DNA from: Patescibacteria group bacterium UBA5532
GTDB taxonomy: Bacteria; Patescibacteriota; Gracilibacteria; BD1-5; UBA2023
DNA: 40,000 bases
Direction of reading: 5' to 3'
Assembly: GCA_002426885.1 (NCBI GenBank)
Contig: DINU01000017.1
Coordinates: forward strand, 37,961 to 77,960
Position 1 is the first letter of the stretch, and every line of letters begins with the position of its first letter. The notes beneath the pieces were generated by a model, which was not told where the DNA came from, ran no database searches, and saw only the letters and a list, made by a program, of their open reading frames with translations. Below, in pieces: positions 30,712 to 40,000 of this stretch. The position numbers and the translations under genes are program-made.

Positions 30712-30878
30712 GGAGGGGGAAATCACAGGGGGTACACGTGTTATAATACAGAAAATGGAATTCTTTCAAGTTTCTCTTTTTTTCCTGTTCTGAATTTTCA
30801 TAAGGAAAATACCGTACAAAACTGGAAATTTTTCTCTTTTTCGGTATATTCAGGATGTTTATTTTTATAAAAAATCTT

Positions 30879-31409
30879 ATGACAGACGATCAGACACAGG
30901 ATCCACAGGGAGATACACCAGGTACTTCACCCGAAGAAAGTATGGAGGAGACAGGAACGACGCCCACACTAGAAGCGAATCCAAGTGAGGAAGTCGCACA
31001 ACTGAAGGAAAAACTTGCTCGCGCACAAGCAGACTACCAGAATCTTCTCATGCGCCAAGAACGCGATCGTATAAGCTCTTTCAGTATGATCAGCGGAGAT
31101 ATTCTCGCGCGGATACTCCCGACACTCGACCACCTCGAGCGTGCACTCGACATGAAGAAAGACGCTGAGAATGACGCATTCGTCGATGGAATCCGCTCGA
31201 CTTATAATGGGCTCGTGAAGACGCTCGAATCACTCGGTGTAAAAGGATTCGCATCAGTCGGCGAAGAAGTCGATGCAGACAAGCACGAGGTCGTCATGCA
31301 GTGAGCAGGCGAGGAGGGGAAAGTCATCGCCGAGATCGAGCGAGGATACACACTCCACGATCGCATCCTGCGACATGCGAAAGTAATCGCCGGAAATGGA
31401 GCACAATAA
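30879..31409 (+). CDS. grpE: Nucleotide exchange factor GrpE
   Basis: Track ORF 30855..31304 extended through TGA. ...LKEKLARAQADYQNLLMRQERD...ILPTLDHLERAL...GLVKTLESLGVKGFASVGEEVDADKHEVVMQGAGEEGKVIAEIERGYTLHDRILRHAKVIAGNGAQ. The start could instead be 30855. Confidence 0.9.
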
Positions 31410-32370
31410 AGCCAAACCACTTCCGATGGTATTGCTCGCACGGATCAAGACGATCACTCCGAGTTTTTCTGACGAGATTATCGAGAGTTTCTCACGGGAA
31501 CGAGTGGGATCTTTTCGGGTAAATGGAAATAAATTCCCATGAGAAGAAAGACTTCCGAGAGAGATTTCGGAAGAATTCTCAGAAAGAAAAATTGCCGTGG
31601 AGGCATTTTCAGCACTTCCATGAGTCTTCACATTTTCTCGAGAACATGAGTACGCGATTAAGGGAACCCGAGCATTTTATGATGGAAAAATCTATCTCCA
31701 GGGGATTTCCAGCATGCTTCCAGCGCTCCTACTCGAGCCAAAAGTAGATGAAAATATTCTCGATGTCTGCTCGGCGCCATGATCGAAGACGACGCTCATG
31801 AGTGTCCTCATGAAGAACACAGGGAAGATTACTGCCATCGAACAGAATCAGATTCGTATGGAAAAACTGAAGCACAATACACGACTTCAGTGAGCGACGA
31901 ATATTTTCTTCGTGAAGTCAGAAGCTGAGAAATATCTCAGAGATCACGAAGGGTCATATGATCGGATTCTGCTCGACGCGCCTTGTAGCGCCGAGGGGCG
32001 AATATCCACGAAGAATGAGAAAACATATGGCTTCTGGTCGCTCCAGAATATCGAGAAAAAATCCGAACTGCAGTATACACTTCTCGAGGCAAGTGTGAGA
32101 CGGCTCGCTCCGAATGGTATACTTCTCTATTCGACGTGTACGTTCGCGCCGGAGGAAAATGAAGCGGTGATTTCTCGTATTCTTGCATCTGATCCGAGTC
32201 TCGCACTCATCCCACTTACCGAATCGATTCCTGATTCTATTCCGCATATTCCTGGAATTCAGACATTTCAGGGAAAAATATTTTCTGAAGATATCGAGAA
32301 AACAGTACGCATTCCCCCGAGTCGATATACAGAAGGATTTTACATGGCGAAGATCCAGAAAAGAAAATAG
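31396..32370 (+). CDS. RNA (cytosine-C5)-methyltransferase, NOL1/NOP2/Sun (RsmB/RsmF-like) family
   Basis: 324 aa. FYDGKIYLQGISSMLPALLL, LDVCSAPGSKTT, ILLDAPCSAEGRI and LLYSTCTFAPEENE are the SAM and catalytic-Cys motifs. The start overlaps the grpE end by 14 nt. Ends at TAG 32368-32370. Confidence 0.85.
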
Positions 32371-32426
32371 AGATTGTTTTTTCTGTGAATCACGTAGAAT
32401 ACTTTCGATTTTTTTATCATTTCTAT

Positions 32427-33005
32427 ATGTACGCATACTGCGCGGGGACACTGATGACGATCATGGACGAGAAAGCGGTAATCCTCGTGGAAGGGACGGG
32501 ACTCGGACTCGAAGTCCTTCTCTCTCCCGAAGCACTGGGGAAATATCTCATCGGAGGAAAATGTGAATTTCCACTCTATCATCATCGGACAGAAGCCTCA
32601 GAAGTGCTTTTCGGCTTCGCGAATGATATCGAGAAAAATGTCTTTCAGAAGCTTCTGAAAGTAAACGGAGTCGGAGGAAAGACGGCGCTCGCGATCCTCG
32701 GACTTGGCGTCGATGCGATCGTCCGAGCGATCAATCTCCATGATGATAAGCTCCTCTCTGGCGTCCCATGAATCGGGAAGAAAACCGCGCAGAAGATCGT
32801 TGTCGAGCTCGCAGGCTCGATCGATTTCCAGTCATTTACATCTTCTGGAAGTACAGCGAAAAACAGCGGAAATACTCAGCTAATCACATCACTCGTCCAG
32901 ATGGGATATGATAAAACTCGTGTCGAAGAGACGATCGAATCCCTCGATTCGAGTCTCTCGATCGAGCAGAAGACGATCGAGGCGATCCGACTCCTCTCGA
33001 AGTAG
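32427..33005 (+). CDS. ruvA: Holliday junction DNA helicase RuvA
   Basis: 192 aa: MYAYCAGTLMTIMDEKAVILVEGTGLGLEVLLS..., HhH motifs LLKVNGVGGKTALAILG and LSGVPGIGKKTAQKIVVEL, then C-terminal domain III. Track ORF 32385..32771 extended through TGA. Ends at TAG 33003-33005. Confidence 0.9.
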
Positions 33006-33006
33006 G

Positions 33007-33774
33007 CTATCGTGCGACTTTCGGAAGTGGGATACTTCCTTCCCACTCTTTTCGCTGTGAGAGTGCATTTTCAGCTGAGTCCTGCTCTCACTTTTTTTTC
33101 GAAGTTCCAGAACCTTTTCCGAGAATAATGCCCCCGAGACTGACAGAAATCTCGTAGGTTTTGTTATGATCTTTTCCTGACTCATTCTCAAGTGTGTAGA
33201 TCGGAGTCTGTCACCACTCAGCCTGCGTCAGCTCCTGAAGATACGACTTCGGATCGACGTAGAGCCCTTTTTCGAGGATACGCGGAAGTGTCACATAAAT
33301 ATGTGTCAGGATAAATTCCTTCGTATACGCAAGCCCAAGATCGAGATAAAGCGCGCCGATAATCGCCTCGAGTGTATTCGCGAGAATATAGGGGTTATCC
33401 TGTCATTGTGCGAGGATTTCACCACGAGAAAGCTGAATTATATCAGAAATCTGAAGCGTCCGAGCGACTTCTGCAAGATTGCGTCCTCGGACGAGCGCGG
33501 AGCGAATATCAGTCATTTTCCCTTCTGGATACTCCGGAAAATCTTCGTAGAGTTTTTCAGTCGTAATAAACTCGAGAATCGCATCACCGAGAAATTCGAG
33601 ACGTTCATTCGAAGTGGTATATCATGGAACATTCAAGTTCAGGACCGAGCGATGAATACTCGCAAGTCTGTAGAGTGAACGGTCACGAGCGGGAATCTGG
33701 AGGGAGGAGAGAAAAGTATCTCACCTTGCTTCAAACTCTTCTCGCGTATAACGAAGAGCAAAAGATGGGGTCAT
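33007..33774 (-). CDS. rnc: Ribonuclease III
   Basis: 255 aa. Signature NERLEFLGDAILEF, then LANTLEAIIGALYLD, and a C-terminal dsRBD (DPKSYLQELTQ...GKGSGTSKKKGEQDSAENAL). Its stop lies 1 nt from the ruvA stop (convergent genes). Confidence 0.92.
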
Positions 33775-33779
33775 AAAAA

Positions 33780-34061
33780 TTAGTGAAGGTCAGGGGATTT
33801 TGGTCAGAATCTATCGCGATCGCCTTCTTCATCGAAGTTATTCAGAATATCTTGATTCCAGCGAGCGAGCGCATACATCGTATCATTGAGGCTCATATTT
33901 CTCCAGTCGATTATGAAATCATCGGGACTATTATCCTGATCATTTCCCGAGACGAAATACGCCATCATAACAGAAAATCATTGCTCCTGTGCGATCTGAT
34001 TAATGCGATGAATATAGTCCTGAACTTTCTGGGTAAATTCTTCTCGACTGATATTTGCCAT
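33780..34061 (-). CDS. Hypothetical protein (93 aa, acidic)
   Basis: MANISREEFTQKVQDYIHRINQIAQEQGFSVMMAYFVSGNDQDNSPDDFIIDWRNMSLNDTMYALARWNQDILNNFDEEGDRDRFGPKSPDLH. Two TGA codons. It ends 5 nt upstream of the rnc start. Confidence 0.5.
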
Positions 34062-34139
34062 AGGAGTAATAAATGGTATGAAGAGTATACAAAAAGCCGG
34101 AAAACACGCAAAATTTTTTTCACAAGGAGAAAAAGAGGC

Positions 34140-34167
34140 AAAAAAAAGTTCCTCACAGAGAGGAAAC
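34140..34167 (-). terminator. Intrinsic terminator about 190 nt downstream of argS
   Basis: On the minus strand: GTTTCCTC-TCTGT-GAGGAAC followed by TTTTTTTT. Confidence 0.6.
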
Positions 34168-34278
34168 TGATGTGTGCAAGATTTTTCTTCCAGAAGATTC
34201 CGCGAGAGCACTCAGATTCGAGTCCTGGATTTTCCTCGTTTTTTCTTTTTGTGTTTTCTCTAGAAACTTTTGTATCAA

Positions 34279-34301
34279 TGGTGCCCAGGGGGGGACTCGA
34301 T
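34279..34301 (-). other. Orphan tRNA 3'-end fragment (T-loop half + T-stem 3' strand + acceptor 3' strand + ACCA)
   Basis: The minus strand reads ATCGAGT CCCCC CCTGGGC A CCA. This has exactly the spacing of a tRNA 3' end, but there is no complementary GGGGG T-stem 5' strand, no GCCCAGG acceptor 5' strand, and no D or anticodon arm upstream. Confidence 0.35.
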
Positions 34302-34359
34302 CACTCTCCGCCGTGATCGGCTCTCTTCGTTCTCGAAGCCAACTATTTGGTAAAATCAT

Positions 34360-36111
34360 CTACATCTCAAAAGGCATCTCTATGCCAAGAAGTTGAAAGC
34401 CCATCTTGAGACGTTTAGCAGATAAAGATACCAAAAGTGTTCGAAGATTTTTCAATCATGTATTTTCTTCGTGTACAATACTTGGAGTATGGGCGTAAAA
34501 ACTATTAAATGCTCATGCAAGGTTATAACAATATTGAGCTAATATGTGAGGTTTATGATTTTTTAGTACTTCATCAACTTTTTCATCAAAGATCACGAGA
34601 GTCTTAATCAGTTCCTTATCATCTTCGCTTAATGTTAACTCAATTTCTGATGAGATTTCCGCAGGATTACCTAGTTGTTCTCAGAGTTTCCTAGCTCGGA
34701 CATAGGCATACTGGATATATGGTCCGCTATTTCCCTCGAAACTCAGAGCCTTATCCCAACTAAAGACGATATTCCTCTCTCGGTCTTGCATGAGGTAGCT
34801 ATACTTCAATCCCCCAACAGCTATTTCTCGGATATCCTCATCTGATAGAGAGCGTCATTTTTCCGTGAGAATATTCTTTGTTCTAACAAATGCCTCATCA
34901 ATCAAGTTATCCAGACGGATAATATTCCCTTTTCGGGTACTCATGGCTCACTCAGGGAGTGATATAAATCCGTTTGGAGCATGAATTAATTCAACGCCAT
35001 CATCTACCCATCCAGCCATCTTTGCAACAGCAAAAACTTGTTGAAAATGAAGTTGTTGACGAATATCAGTGCAATAAATAATCTTCTTTGGGTCCCACCC
35101 ATTTGTTATACGGTATTTTATACAGGCAAGGTCACTGGCAAAGTAGCCATGAGTTCCATCATGTTTCTGTAGAATATTTGAAGGAAGCTTCGTGTTTTCA
35201 GGAAAACTGATAGATACACTCCCATCCTCATTTCTTTCGGCTATTCACGCTTGTACAAGTTCTTGTACTACATCCTTCATGCTATATTGGAGCTCTGGAT
35301 ACTCTCCGATCTTTGGGAGAGGGAGTCCCTCATAAAAACTTTCACCAATAGCCACATCAGGTCTCACATGGAGAAGATCTATAGTTTCTTGCATTCCTTT
35401 GAGAGAATGTGCTGTAAATTCGGACCAGAGTTTCATATTCTCTGCATCTCATTCAGAAAGTTTTTTGAATTCTGCTCTACATGTCTCATCCACAGAAGCA
35501 TCTCATTCTCCGTCGTCCGGCTCAATAAGAGCAGATATTTTTTGATAGAGTTCAAGTAGGTGATTTACTGGATCTGTTTCAAGTTTTTTTGCATCTCACC
35601 AACGTTTCCATTATGCGATAAGGCGTCAAAATATACCTCACCAGTCCCCAGTATGCACATCACCAATTACCCTCATTCATTTATGGCGATATATATTACA
35701 AAATACCTGACCAATGGAAGGGGTACATATATGTCATATATGAAGAGGTTTCCCAATATTAACACCGATATAGTCAACTACTACTGTTCAATTTTGTTTC
35801 CCTGATAGATCTTGCCCCCTTGATGGTTCTCACAACATCTCAATAAATGCTTTATCTGTCAGACAGAGGTTGATATATATGCCAACAGTACTTACGAGTC
35901 GAAAAGTCTCATCATTTCATTGAAGTACTGGTTGTATTTCTGCTGATAGTTCTATCGGACTTCGTTTGACCGCTTTTGCAAGCGTACCTATATTGAAGCA
36001 GTAATCAGCATTTTGATTTTTCGGAGGAATTCATAATTCCATGGACTTGGCAGCATCAGCTCCGTATAAATCCTTGATTGTAGTAGCAACGATGTCTTGG
36101 AGTTTTTTCAT
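34360..36111 (-). CDS. argS: Arginine--tRNA ligase
   Basis: 583 aa under table 25. MKKLQDIVATTIKDLYG..., class I signature NIGKPLHIGHICTPSIGQ, ...GAMSTRKGNIIRLDNLIDEA (KMSK-equivalent), and the anticodon-binding C-terminus ...YCYNLAGAFNSFYAH...LLGIEMPFEM, which ends in Met as is typical for ArgRS. About 22 TGA Gly codons. Track ORF 35245..35436 is in this frame. Confidence 0.93.
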
Positions 36112-36129
36112 AATGAATGAGTTAAAGAA

Positions 36130-37167
36130 TTAAGAAATGATTTTTAAATAGAGTTTTTTTCATGGTGATTGAGCGATCCGGTCCGGGAAGATATGTTCCG
36201 CGCGTACATATCATCGAGATTCAAACATGCCACCTAACTTTGGGTTATTGGTTACTGCTATGACATTTTTGCTTTGGAGGTATGCAAATCTTTCAACCTC
36301 CTCGATGAGCTTCTTTCCGATACGGAAATCCATAAAGTCGAGATTGACGGCAATTCCTCAAAGTTCAAGAGTATCGTTATTGATAGAAATCATTTCCACA
36401 CATCCAACGGCTACATTATCGATTCTTGCAACTTTGAATCTACCCCAGTGTTCCCTGAGGTAATCCATGCTTCTTGGCTTCAGTTGTCCTGAATATTTGT
36501 GAGCTGATAAAAGCAAGAAAAGTGTCATAATATCCGACTCAAGAGCATCTCCGATTTCTGGCTTAAAGTTTCATTCAATCATGGTGCCCACGCCTTCTAA
36601 AGTGAATAGCTCTTCTTTTATCCCATTTCTTCGATTTGCTCGAAGTATATGAATGCGATCGATCTGATTTTCCTTAACCGCTTGAGCCATGAGAGTCAAT
36701 GCGGATCTGAGACGAGTATCTTCGATAAGAGCTCATAATCATTCAGGATTGAGGATTATTTCAGCAGGAAGAACGTTAATGCGCCTTCATTTGTTACGAT
36801 TATTGATATGATCGGTTTCCAGGAATATAAGTTTATTCCCCATTTTCTTCTTGTGTTCTTCTGATCATGACGGTCTCCCATGACTTGTGATGCTTGATGC
36901 ATAAAAATCATCATGATCTGAAATACGAATAGGGGTTACTCATTTTTCCTGCTCAATTCCTTTTAGTAGCCTTCATGCTTCAGATCATTGAGGAACATTA
37001 TGAAAGAGCTTAAGGGATATTCCCATTCTTACAAGGTCCTGAAGCTGAGTGATAATATTTCTGTGATTATCCCTTAAAATTCCAGATCTCACAGCAACTC
37101 CTATATCTGCTTGTTGCAAAAGGGGCAAGTATGTGTCGAAGTGATAGGTTGGCATCAAATTAATCAT
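36130..37167 (-). CDS. ArgA-like two-domain protein: short amino-acid-kinase-like N-terminal domain + GNAT acetyltransferase C-terminal domain (345 aa)
   Basis: The AAK-domain end motif EELFTLEGVGTMIEG is followed by GNAT motif A (LELGGIAVNLDFMDFRIGKKLIEEVERFA). Track ORF 36985..37194 is in this frame. I chose the ATG at 37167 because it forms an ATGATTAA start/stop overlap with the upstream GNAT gene; a TTG at 37194 is also possible. Confidence 0.65.
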
Positions 37168-37705
37168 TAAATTCTCAGGTAGAAATTCGTCCAAGCATTG
37201 TCTTGTTTACAAATATTCTTTCTTCTTCTTCTAGTTTCTGGAGTCAGCTAATAATTCATCTTAATCTCGATCACATGTTTTCTTGTAGAATTTCATGTTG
37301 GTTTGGACTATGTACTCACAAATGAATAACGGCAGGCGTTTTAGTAACCATTACTAGTGACCTTTGCTGAAACTGGTGAGTAATTTTGTCTACAAGGGTA
37401 TGTCATAGTTTCCTTCATCGCGCATTCGGCATAACCAACAATGATCCCCATTCATATACTGAGGATAGTTGGTCAAGATTATCTAATTTGAGACATCCTG
37501 CTAGATCTCCTGAACCCTCATAACGGGCACATATTCATCCATATCTAACAAAGCAATCTATTAGTTCTCTTGCTTTTATAGGAAACATATGCCCACCGAT
37601 AACATTTTCTATTTCGATTTGTCTCTCAACTAATCGGGCTTCGCTCAAATCTATTTTGCTATCAAAAATGAATCATGTCGAGTTCAGCATATTAATACTT
37701 TTCAT
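37160..37705 (-). CDS. GNAT family N-acetyltransferase (181 aa)
   Basis: MKSINMLNSTGFIFDSKIDLSEARLVERQIEIENVIGGHMFP...WGSLLVMPNARGRKLGHTLVDKITHQF (GNAT motif A, Q/R-x-x-G-x-G/A-like). 9 TGA codons. It starts 8 nt after the upstream stop. Confidence 0.6.
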
Positions 37706-37712
37706 TAGAGAA

Positions 37713-38660
37713 TTAAATTTGATTCGTTAGACAATGTACTCATCATCAAGCATTCCAAAATTCAGATACATCCACTATGAGCCTTTGAATATCAAGGGTA
37801 GCTATTTCATCCTCTGTTTCGTTGTCGAATTTTCATCAGGAAATCAAGGTATTTCCAATATTAAGAGTGTTTACAGTTCATAGTGCTCATCTATTTCCAA
37901 TTGCAGGTGAGTATATTCAGAATTTGCTATCAACTTCAATACACTTTATTCATCTTGATACGCAAGCTTCTTTTACTTCAGTGTAGTTGCTTATTAGCTC
38001 ATTACAAAAGACGCAGGCAACTACACTGTCGTCCATATCCGATATAACTCACATAACGGTATCTAAATGGAATCACTTGGCTTCAACTAATATCATATTT
38101 TCTGGCTTTACTCAAAGCTGTCCCATTGTCCATTTGACTCATGAATAAGAGTTCCTGGAGGAGGTGTTATCTCTATTAAAACCGGCAAATAATATTCATG
38201 ATCATTTGACATATCGAAACTCTCAGCCTTCTAGATAAAGTCCATCTTCGTTTGGAGGAGTAATTATCTCTCTAGATAGTCCAATTTTTTCAACTCTTTC
38301 TTGTAACGCCTTTCATATTCCGAGTGCTTGAGGTATCCTATCAGCTCTTCGGAATTTGGATAAGAGAATTTTATCTACTTGATTGGATACAAATGCATCT
38401 CGAACAAATACCGCATTATCAAGGAATCAAGGGTTTTTATCTAACGGGATAGATATAACCCTGACTCAAAGCTCACCTAATTTCTCGACCAAGTTACGAT
38501 GTTGTTCCTGAACTCTTGTTTGGTCTGGAATATGTCACCTCTTGGTGGCATGATTTTTTCAAACATTCTTTCAATTTTCCTTCGAGCTACTATATATATC
38601 AATGCCATCTTTGTACCATCATTCCTGGTTCGGAGGCACCACAGATATTGTCCTGTTCAT
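37713..38660 (-). CDS. Guanidino-group-modifying enzyme superfamily protein (amidinotransferase / agmatine- or arginine-deiminase-like), 315 aa
   Basis: MNRTISVVPPNQEGWYKDG...KGFHLDTVMGVI (conserved HLDT) ... the C-terminal catalytic-Cys signature SEFWNAGGGVHCLTNQI. The frame was checked codon by codon: 23 TGA codons, no TAA/TAG. No standard-code ORF of 60 aa or more exists anywhere in 37195-38962. Confidence 0.78.
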
Positions 38661-38904
38661 AAATAACAAGAATATTAATTATAATTCCATAGCATGTCTA
38701 CTATCTGGATCTAATCGCCTGCTTACCCCGTGTTTATTAGAATAGCTAATTCGGTCTACGCTTGATTGAACGTTGGATGATAGAGCTGTTGTGGTATGAG
38801 GAGGTTGAACTCTTTGTTGTTCAGTTGCCACCCAATCATCTCACTCCAGATGCTTTCAGTCGTTAGTATAAGGCATAAGTAAGAAGTTACCTAAGTTTAC
38901 TTTT

Positions 38905-38916
38905 CAATTGCAACAC
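38905..38916. repeat. IS30 left inverted repeat core
   Basis: CAATTGCAACAC is the reverse complement of 39975-39986. Confidence 0.65.
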
Positions 38917-38962
38917 TCAGATTCACGTGGTATACTATTTACCTCTGTAATCTGCAAGCGTT

Positions 38963-40000
38963 ATGACTCAGCCAATCAAGCAATCATTTAAACAACTCTC
39001 CATCTCTGAGAGAGAAGAAATAGCTATACTGTTTAACAAAAAGAAATACTCTCTCAGAGATATTGCTCTCGCACTTTCCCGTAATGTCTCAACCATCTCT
39101 CGTGAGATAAAGAATAACTCAGTGAAAAATAAGAAGACAGGGATAATCGAGTACATTGCAGAAAAAGCAACTCTCAAGAAATACCAAAGAAGAAAATACT
39201 GCAAGATTACCCTCAAAAAAATCAAAGAACACCCTGAACTCGAAAAATATATACGAGAGAAGATAGAATGAGAAGATTGGAGTCCCGAAACAGTGAGCAA
39301 ACTATGGAATATTGAACATCCAGAAAGTACTATTACTGTTTCATGGAAAACTATTTACCAATACTGTTACTCAGTGTGGTGACAAACTCTTTGTCCTCAT
39401 CTCTACCAAAAAAGATACAGATACAAGAAACGGAAACAAACAAAAGCTGAGAAGGTTCTTATTCCAGAACGAGTATGGATTGAAGAAAGACCAAAGATTA
39501 TACAGAAACGAGAGAGAGTAGGAGATACAGAATCTGACTTCATTGTCTCTACAAAATGAGATGCTACCGCCCTAACAACAAATATAGATCGTAAGAGTCG
39601 ATACCTCCAAGCTCGTATTATTCCTGTAAGAGCATGTAATGAAGCAAATACAGCTTTGAAACATATGATGGAAGTCTACAATACAAAAACAACACAGATA
39701 CATTCAGTGACACTCGACAATGATATAGCATTTCAGCATCACACAGAGCTGAGAAACAAGATGCATATACAAACCTACTTCTGTCATCCATTTCACTCTT
39801 GGGAAAAGTGACAGATTGAATACTGAAATAGACTCATACGCAGATACATACCAAAAAAATCTCGTCTTGCGGATTACACACAAAACGAGATTGACAGAAT
39901 TCTAGAAAAGATTAATAATACTCCAAGAAAATGTCTTGGATGGAAAACTCCTATCCAAGTTCTACGAGAAGAGGGTGTTGCAATTGGGGGTACAATTTAG
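38963..40000 (+). CDS. IS30 family transposase (345 aa)
   Basis: N-terminal HTH (LSISEREEIAILFNKKKYSLRDIALALSRNVSTISREIKNN). DDE region ...GDTESDFIVS...VTLDNDIAFQHH...YFCHPFHSWEKGQIEYGNRLIRRYIPKK...INNTPRKCLGWKTP. 7 in-frame TGA codons on Gly positions, including W-E-K-G. TAG at 39998-40000. Confidence 0.92.
39975..39986. repeat. IS30 right inverted repeat core (inside the 3' end of the transposase ORF)
   Basis: GTGTTGCAATTG is the reverse complement of 38905-38916. Confidence 0.65.

Larger units (their letters stand above)
38905..40000 (+). mobile_element. IS30-family insertion sequence. The right boundary is at or just beyond the window end, and the exact ends are uncertain.
   Basis: A single DDE transposase ORF is bracketed by a perfect 12-bp inverted repeat CAATTGCAACAC (38905-38916) / GTGTTGCAATTG (39975-39986). 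Weaker similarity (TAC + pyrimidine run) extends about 10 nt further outward on both sides. Confidence 0.8.

Noticed and set aside
30712-30878. CIRCE/HrcA operator (TTAGCACTC-N9-GAGTGCTAA) upstream of grpE
   Set aside because: It is not present. Only a possible extended -10 (TGTTATAAT, 30739-30747) was seen, too weak to list as a feature.
34165-34240. A full tRNA gene on the plus strand (GGAAACT...TCAGA-TTCGAGT-CCTGG-ATTTTCC, 75 nt)
   Set aside because: The acceptor and T-arm can be drawn with mismatches, but no D-arm or anticodon arm folds, and G53:C61 is broken. I treat it as a degenerate fragment at best.
38679-38876. 65-aa minus-strand ORF (MPYTNDGKHLEGDDWVATEQQ...) between the IS30 end and the amidinotransferase-like gene, in the same frame as the latter but separated from it by TAA
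   Set aside because: It has no motif, a low-complexity T/S/Q/R composition, and no support beyond being open. It may be a 5' leader or a remnant, so I did not call it a gene.
1-40000. TGA read as Trp (code 4, Mollicutes-like) or as ordinary stops marking massive pseudogenisation
   Set aside because: The TGA positions coincide with invariant Gly residues (P-loops, FAD/NAD GxGxxG, RecA LGGG, C39 C-G-P), not Trp. All genes end cleanly at TAA/TAG. Dozens of simultaneous pseudogenes in essential genes (recA, thrS, argS, rnc) are implausible.

Overview
Under the standard code this window looks like gene-poor rubble. Read with UGA = glycine (NCBI table 25, used by Candidatus Gracilibacteria/BD1-5 and Absconditabacteria/SR1 in the CPR/Patescibacteria) it resolves into about 35 tightly packed, uninterrupted genes. 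In order: uvrA (partial) and trxB diverge from lexA-recA-hypothetical. Next come a Nudix gene broken by a single TAA, a cytoplasmic C39-like peptidase, nrdG, and a class III RNR gene nrdD whose glycyl-radical tail is a separate 55-aa ORF; two NrdR-box-like palindromes sit upstream of nrdD. Then an operon of a secreted C39-like cysteine peptidase plus two paralogous secreted proteins, an intact Nudix, thrS, a small hypothetical and a secreted beta-propeller protein. The most unusual part is a co-directional block of about 10.8 kb (18.8-29.6 kb). It holds four very large ORFs (673, 1147, 798 and 893 aa) with no domain I can recognise, built from helical/charged, Pro/Ser/Gly/Asn low-complexity and glycine-zipper membrane segments. 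After it come tRNA-fMet, rpsU, a small membrane protein, grpE, an m5C RNA methyltransferase, ruvA and rnc. The window ends with a more AT-rich, extremely TGA-dense arginine-related operon (amidinotransferase-fold enzyme, GNAT, AAK-GNAT ArgA-like, argS), flanked by a tRNA 3' fragment on one side and an IS30-family element on the other. I saw no rRNA, CRISPR array or cas genes. All joined CDS coordinates come from hand translation of the given sequence. Products are motif-level calls from memory of protein families, not database hits.
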